Assembly: GCA_046563655.1 (NCBI GenBank)
Contig: CM102284.1
Location: 5,146,001-5,210,000 of the forward strand
Source: Yuukianura sp. NJ FZ-2021
Taxonomy: Eukaryota
Length of the DNA: 64,000 bases
Direction: 5' to 3'
The notes beneath the pieces are model-generated. The model was given only the letters and a program-made list of their open reading frames with translations. It was not told the origin of the DNA and did not search any database. The position numbers and the translations under genes were made by a program. This document shows, one piece after another, positions 52,201-64,000 of the stretch (position 1 is its first letter; each line of letters opens with the position of its first letter).

Positions 52201-53007
52201 CCATAACTTGCAGGAGGTTCCCAAGTTGGAGTGTGCTGTGGCGCCCTTTGGAAATTTCCCCCTCCTCCAGCATGTCCTGGTGCTCTTTCAAAGTTAATTT
52301 GTGAAAAACTACCTTGCTGAAACGGAGGGCGCTCGAAACGTTGTCCTTGGCCAACTTGAGGCATAGAAGCACCAGCGTTTGGATCTGCTTGGCGGTCAAA
52401 TTGTTGAGAGGGCATGCTGAATCGATTTAGAGGCGAGCTGCTTCGTTGTGCAGTCCCAAACGGAGAGTTGCTTAACATACTTTGCGGTGCCATCTGATTC
52501 TGTTGTTGGATCTGAAGTTGCTGCTGCTGGAACTGTTGTTGTTGTTGCTGTTGTTGCCTCATACTCTGATGTTTTAGAATGGCTTGCTCAGTGGTGACAC
52601 GATATGTGTAATACCCATAGTACTCTCCACCAAACAGAAATTGAAACTTCGGATTCTCACGCTGTTTTTGTTTTGTCATGTTTTCAAAATCTTGCCCTGC
52701 AATTTAGTCAAAATAATATTACGGTTTAGTACTAAGGAATGAAGCCGAGAACAGCTAAAATTCTAAAATTAAGTGAACAGGAATGAAGAAATCTCGACTT
52801 AATTACCATTTCTTGCAACGAAGTTAGCCAGTCTGTCGATGATGTTCCTCGTTTCTTCGTCTATTACACAAAGATTATCAATCAGTTTATCTTTATATTT
52901 ATTAATATGCAAATTGTATTGGACGGACACGGAACCAAGAAGATTGAAATCAATTGCCTCTTCAAATTTCAATTACTACCTGGAGGTGGTTGCGGTACAT
53001 CCATCAT
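49209..53007 (-). CDS. CHERP: Calcium homeostasis ER protein (SURP, CID, RS and G-patch domains; U2-associated splicing factor)
   Basis: MMDVPQPPPDEETRNIIDRLANFVARNGQDFENMTKQKQRENPKFQFLFGGEYY (SURP), DSCTKESIANGKAWI (CID), PYFELPAGLMVPLV, EGWERLGLYEYY, RS repeats, NKGHQLLKKMGWGGSGLG (G-patch) and DQYKGVGVNLHDPFESYRK...DDRP*. Confidence 0.95.
52517..52556 (-). repeat. CAA/CAG poly-Gln microsatellite in a CHERP exon
   Basis: The plus strand shows (TGT/TGC)n, which translates to QQQQQQQQFQQQQ. Confidence 0.85.
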
Positions 53008-53682
53008 GGTTATAGCAGTTTCCTCCGATGTGACAAGAAACAATTAATTAACTGTCAAGAGTAAAGTGTTCCAGAGCTCCAGGATAATTAGACAATGAAA
53101 ATTTTAACAAAGACGACTAATTAAATTTATGCAATTTATTTCAACAATTTGAAAATGAATTGTATTTGCATTTGGAAATTGCAAATTGCAAAACTGGCAA
53201 ATGAAACTTGCTTTTCATTGTCCCAAATCTGGTTATGCAATGGCAAAATACAAACATTGCAGATTTTGCCAGTGCAATTGCAATTGCAATTGCCTTTTTC
53301 AAAGTGAACATTTTGTAGTTTTGCCATGTTTACCTTTATGACCGGCAGAAACTCGAAATTGCGGGAACTTTAAATTTTGGGTTTGACTAAAAGCTCCTCC
53401 GTCACTGTTTGTGAAAATAACGGGATCCGAGTTGAAAATTATCTAAGGCGGGAGAATCCCGGTTGACAGATATCGCAGAGAGAGAATGGTAAACAGCTGA
53501 CTGCTAAAACAACACTGAAAATTAAAGGTAAGGATTGAAAATTTGTTATTTCTCTTAAGTTAGTTTTCATTGTCTCTCACACTTTATCGGAGAAGCACTT
53601 CCAGTGAACCTTCTAAGCTTCACTGTTGCGTTAATTGATCTGAAAATCAAGTGTCGATAGTGTTTAGTACGACATTTCAAAA

Positions 53683-54775
53683 ATGGCAAGTTTAGCTATC
53701 AAGAGTACGTTGTCACTTCTCGGTCACCGACTGAATTCATCATCACTGAGGACCTCATCGGTATGTGATTAACTTAACTTGTATCAATCAGTGTTTTAGA
53801 GAAGAAGTGATGTGATGAATTGATAAATAGGGCTATCTTCGCCAAGCAGCTTTACAAGTCACTTCCGACCGCCATTTTCAGACGATTCCAATAGTGGTGG
53901 AACAAAGTGGACGAGGAGAGAGAGCCTATGACATTTACTCACGGCTCCTCAAAGACAGAATTGTGTGCCTAATGGGTCCGGTAAGCAAGTATCCTATCCA
54001 TAATCAATCATACGAGACACTACTACTATGATGAGCCAATTTGACGTTCATGATTTCAAAATTTGTGGTTTCAGATAAATGATGCGACGGCATCTGTTAT
54101 TATTGCTCAACTTTTGTTTCTTCAATCCGAATCTAGCAAGAAACCGATTCACATTTACATAAACAGTCCAGGAGGCAGTGTGACAGGTAAATTCACTTAG
54201 CTAAGTGTAAATTCAGTGTTTGATTTTCATAAACGCAGCTGGCCTTGGCATTTACGACACAATGCAGTACGTCCTTCCGCCTGTTGCTACATGGTGCGTA
54301 GGACAAGCGTGTAGTATGGGCTCTCTTCTTCTTGCTGCTGGTAAACAAATTACAAAACCAGCATCCTTAACAAATCACTTATTATATTGCGTACTGCGTT
54401 CATCGAAGGTACCCCCGGAATGCGCCACTCTCTTCCGAATGCAAGAATTATGATTCACCAACCCTCAGGCGGTGCTCAGGGCCAAGCGACAGATATTCAA
54501 ATCCAAGCCGAAGAAATTCTGAAGTTGAAGAAGCAAATCAACGGGATTTATGTCAAGCACACAGGACAGGACATCCAAATCATTGGTTAGTATCAGGTTA
54601 TTACAAAAATTCTTCTAAAATCAATGTTAATTTAATCACGACAGAGGCCATCATGGAAAGAGACAAATTCATGAGTCCATCGGAGGCCAAAATCTTCGGA
54701 CTCATTGACACCGTCCTGGAGCATCCACCTAAGTACAATCAGGACGAAGCTGACAGGGAAAGCGTAAGTCAGTGA
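53683..54775 (+). CDS. ClpP: ATP-dependent Clp protease proteolytic subunit, mitochondrial
   Basis: Transit-like [26 protein letters not shown], then [59 protein letters not shown] (catalytic Ser), [18 protein letters not shown] and [11 protein letters not shown] at 54773-54775. Confidence 0.97.
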
Positions 54776-55529
54776 AGGCTTCTAATATTGAAATATGAAT
54801 ATTTCAATGTAAACCCATGCAACATTTAAATGAAATCCCAACTTAAATTAAATTGTGTAATTTCTACATTTAATTACGCAAGTTGGTGATTTAATAGCAC
54901 AATGTAAGGATTTAATATTTTGAGTTGTGGTGCCCATCTGTGATGAGGGTGATGCCAAGGGCGGTGTGCGTAGCCCTTTGTCAGACCACACAAATCTCAT
55001 ATGTGGACATTGGAAAGGGGCAGTAACAAAGTTTGACTTTTGTTTTCCGGTTACTAACCACAACCAGCTGCTGGCTACTGAAAAGAAAAAGATTTTCGTC
55101 AGTACTGTCCACAGTGTAGACTAAATTTGTGAAGACTGAATCATCATCATACAGTTTTTGTTAGTAGTCCTGCGTCAGGTAGTTCAAAACTGCGAACTTA
55201 CACGTTCGGATACCTCCGGGACAGATCAATCAATTATTAATCGGAATAGCGAAAATCTGCGATTACTCCAGCCTACACGAGTTGACTCGGAAAGACTCGC
55301 CCCTTGTTTTAGTACGCTGCAGTGCTGTAGAAGCTACCTTTGGTCTTTAGCTCAACTCTCTCCAGGGCGTAGTCAGAAAGACGGTGGGCACACAGACGGA
55401 CCAACTGTCATCGTTCTGTGTCTGTCATTCTCCAGGAAACGAGTGCTCCAGAAGCATCTCGTCAACACAACGTAATTTTGGGCAAAGTGATCTGACAATT
55501 AGTAAACAGTAAAGTTAAATTGGTTAGCT

Positions 55530-60706
<5,177 letters not shown>

Positions 60707-60769
60707 GAATTCGGTGGGCCCCCTATCCTGCCTCCAGTACCACCAAGGAGAGTCCGACGACGTCGTAGT

Positions 60770-61093
60770 ATGTTTTGGTCTTCATGTGTGAAAAGGCTAG
60801 AGGATTCGGTCTGCGGCTGTATTCGAAATTGTTGGATCTTTTCTGGAATTGTCTCTGGAGTGTTGTCAGGGTTGGGGGCCGGAGGGGCCGTTGCTTATGT
60901 CATTTCCTCATTTTCCTTAGGAGTCTTGGTAGGAAGTTGTGTCGGATTTTCTTTTGGAATAATTTTTGCTCTTATTGCTGGAGAAGTGACAAATGGAAAA
61001 CAAAAGCAACGGCCCAAGAAAACAAAGCAAGAAAAAGAGGATGAGGAGTGGTTGACCTGGATTTTGGCTACACAGCCCCCACCTGATGTATGA
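60770..61093 (+). CDS. 107-aa membrane-protein ORF, in frame with and directly downstream of the NSF stop (independent ORF or NSF C-terminal extension)
   Basis: ATG-initiated ORF with a ~50-residue Gly-rich hydrophobic stretch (WIFSGIVSGVLSGLGAGGAVAYVISSFSLGVLVGSCVGFSFGIIFALIAG) followed by KQKQRPKKTKQEKEDEE. Its composition is coding-like against very AT-rich flanking DNA. Confidence 0.6.
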   Translation: MFWSSCVKRLEDSVCGCIRNCWIFSGIVSGVLSGLGAGGAVAYVISSFSLGVLVGSCVGFSFGIIFALIAGEVTNGKQKQRPKKTKQEKEDEEWLTWILATQPPPDV

Positions 61094-63535
61094 TTTCCAA
61101 AAACGTTTAAAATTTATGAGTTAATTATAAGAAATCAAAAAATTCAAGTTTTTTTCAAGTAATTGTTCAATTTTCTTTAATGTGCAGTAATTGCCTAATT
61201 TCCGAATTTACAATTTTTCGTTCCGTCAGAGACATTTCCTTCTATAGTTTTCCGGCTTTCGATTAAAGTCGAAAAACTTTGGATTTCTTTTCATCTTACA
61301 AAGTTTCTGTAATTAACTTCATTGTTTTTTGGGTTTTAACAAATTTTTCACTTTTTGGAGTACTTTTTCTGATATTTTTTGGTACTTATCTGGTTAAATC
61401 TACTTTATGTTTTTGTGTCCCACTCCCTCAACCTCTTTTTCTGCTTTGAACTGGGGAGAGAAGACGTGTTTTAAAAAGTACTAGACTTAGCAGGGCTGGA
61501 AGCGATGGAAGTGAAGTTCACTTGCGTAATTCCAGAGATATTCTTTAGGACTTTTAACTGTTATTCAATTCACATCTTCCAGACAAGATGTGAATTTACT
61601 TGCTCCAGAGAAGATAAAGGATTTGGAAATTGAGAATAAGGCAAAGGTTGAACTTAAATGCACTCGCAATTGTTGAATCTAGCTTTAACTGCATGAAGAT
61701 GATCGTGTATGTCTCTTTAGAAAGTTGAATGTGTAGGGTGTTATCTGTATCATCCCTTCACAAGATTTACAATTAAGTAATTTTTGATAAAGGTGACAAT
61801 GAGGCTTCTTGTTCTTAGAGAACAAGCTGGCTTTGTGTCTGAAAAGTCAAAGTCATGTTTTAATTCATCCACTTTCTGACACTTGTTTGCTGAAGTTGGT
61901 GATTACAAGTTAATCATCACTTTTCAGTCAATGTCAATTTGACATTGTCAAATTAACGTTTAGACGGTTGAAAGTTAACGAAGTGTGGGCATTGTCACCT
62001 TGAAATTAATACTTGTACAACACAAACTCAAAAAACTCGAACAGCAATATTTCCTGCACTTTTCGAATTCCATAAAAGTTAATGTGATTTCCAAAATGTA
62101 GAATGTACTATTTACAGCTAAAAAGTAATTTAAACCGAACAATTTAGTTAAACGAGTAACCAATACTAGCACCTAATCATGATTTTAATTACTAGCAAAG
62201 GTAGCACTCTGGGCAAGCAAACAGCAGCATTAATAATTCAAAGCAAAATCAAAGCTCATTTACAAATTTAGTAAGTTGTCATTAGAATTAACTGTTAAAT
62301 TAAACTTAACTCTAACTGAAAACAGATCTTTGGTCTCAGTAGATCTAGTTTTAGGTGCTTGAGTCACAAGGTTCATAATTTCTAAATTAACAATCTAAAA
62401 TTAACAAAGCACTTTCATTTTTTCAAAAAGTGTGTGAACGTTTCATGGACGCATGGAACTGGACATTGGGATTATTGGAGGTGCTAAGTGATGTACATAA
62501 ATTTCGGTGTGTTTGTTCTAAAAAACATTGTTAATCATAACCTCTTTAGCATTTTGTCTCACTAGACGTGTGATTTTAGCACCTCTAAAAACTAATTGTT
62601 TAGAAAGTACGTTAAAAACCGCACTCATTATTAACCAAATACCAAAATGCGTGTGACAAATTTCAAACCAGTTGATCTGAAATATTGTTCATTCGTCTTA
62701 GAACTGTTTAGTATCTTTAAAAAACGTGTTGGGTTTGTTTGGAATTGGGTACCCTTGAAGGGTACATGTGGTAAAACGTAAACTTTGTGTTAGTTGTTAC
62801 GTTTAGCAAGGTTAAGGAGTCTCCTGATGGGTCAACGCGACTAAAGCATTCCAAAAACTTAACAAAAGTTAAATAATTAAATAAAGACGTTCATTTCAAG
62901 TCCTTCAAAATTTTATTTTGAATTTTGAAATTTTGAAACTGAACTTAATAGTTTTGAAGGCGTCGTTCGATTTTCCACGAATTTTTGTGCCAAAAGTTTT
63001 CTTGTAAGAATCAGTTCTTGAAATATTTGAAACCGAATTTGGGTAATTCTTTTAGGAAGGATGGTTTTTTCAAATTCAAAATTTTCAAAGTTTTTTCAAA
63101 AATCAAATTCGCTGGTTTTTATCTTGCAGAATTTTTTTTTGATCAATTGATCAATATTTTTTGTTTTATCTTCTAACCTCGATTTTTTTTCTTGTAAGAT
63201 CGGTGTTTTAGATTATAAAATTTGTTTTTTAAAAATCTTTTAAGTCGATTCGTCTGAATTTTAGACATTTTAATTTTGAAATTGTTTAAATCGAAATGAC
63301 TTTTGGAATTAGGTTAGCGATAAGTTAATATATTTACTTGTTTGCCTGTTTTAGTCGCCTAGAGAGAGTGCTGAGCTGACGATGTGTCATAGGTACTTCG
63401 GGGAAATTACCCAATACGCTTTATATGTTTTGCGTTTGTAGAGGTCATGACCTGAACATAGGGAAATCCAGGATTAGTCTCAATGAAAGTCAAAGTGCAA
63501 CTTTTGTTATTTCCTGTTTTTATTATTTTCTACAG

Positions 63536-64000
63536 GATTGGGACAACTTGTCACCTAAAATCTTGGAAGATGTAATGCTTAGCTCAGGACATTCTGGAAG
63601 AACAGAGACGATGGTGGACCAACGTCATCTCTTCGTATCTCGTAAGTTCTGGAGTGTCAAGTGATATGAAGTGTTGATCCCTTGGGTTTTTTAATTGATT
63701 GTTGACAGCTTATTTGATGGTTTGTTAGTATGTAGGTTTTGGGTGATCATGAATGATGGAGTAATCACAATTTCCACAGCTTCCAGTGTCAACTGCTGAA
63801 AGATGTACTGGAGGACGACGCTTCTTTGGGCACAAGGTTGGAGCATGGGTGGTGGACTGGGGAAGTGACGATAACCAGTGGATTGATGATAAAAGGCACG
63901 AAGATCTGGACATCTTGAACGAGTTTCCTTCGGTCGCTTGAAGAATGGAGTCAGCGAAGATGTCTGGACATCGCTGGAAACCGATCAACCGTTTCTGTGC
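63536..64000 (+). other. Possible 5' exons of a gene continuing beyond the window
   Basis: Acceptor TTTTCTACAG at 63535, donor GTAAGT at 63642, a GC-richer block 63770-64000, and an ATG at 63946 open to the window edge. Frame and product are unresolved. Confidence 0.3.

Noticed and set aside
53683-54775. ClpP as a bacterial or horizontally transferred gene
   Set aside because: It has spliceosomal introns and a mitochondrial transit-like N-terminus, so it is the normal nuclear-encoded gene.
63725-63988. 87-aa minus-strand ORF at the window end
   Set aside because: No recognisable motif, and nearby splice signals favour a plus-strand transcript. It cannot be resolved inside the window.

Overview
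AT-rich eukaryotic genomic DNA with many short (~55-90 bp) GT-AG introns. It is most likely an arthropod and possibly a crustacean, inferred from the allatostatin-C receptor, clockwork orange and scattered TTAGG motifs. The first ~25 kb holds a minus-strand allatostatin-C/somatostatin-type GPCR and ~20 kb of non-coding DNA, probably its 5'-UTR introns and regulatory region. From 25 kb on, genes are tightly packed: AASS (LKR/SDH, -), a DUF4787-like secreted protein (+), an unrecognised two-exon secreted protein (+), DNAJC14 (-), CDK5RAP3 (+), cwo (-), CHERP (-), mitochondrial ClpP (+) and NSF (+). Three non-autonomous DNA transposons (MITEs) could be delimited by terminal inverted repeats and target-site duplications. 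The most striking observation is at the end of NSF. The TAG of its predicted spliced last exon is followed in frame by 128 open codons encoding a PPVPPRR SH3-ligand-like motif, a polybasic run and a glycine-rich hydrophobic hairpin. This suggests a stop-readthrough (or UAG-recoded) membrane-anchored NSF isoform, or a bicistronic transcript. All gene models were built by hand and no database searches were run.
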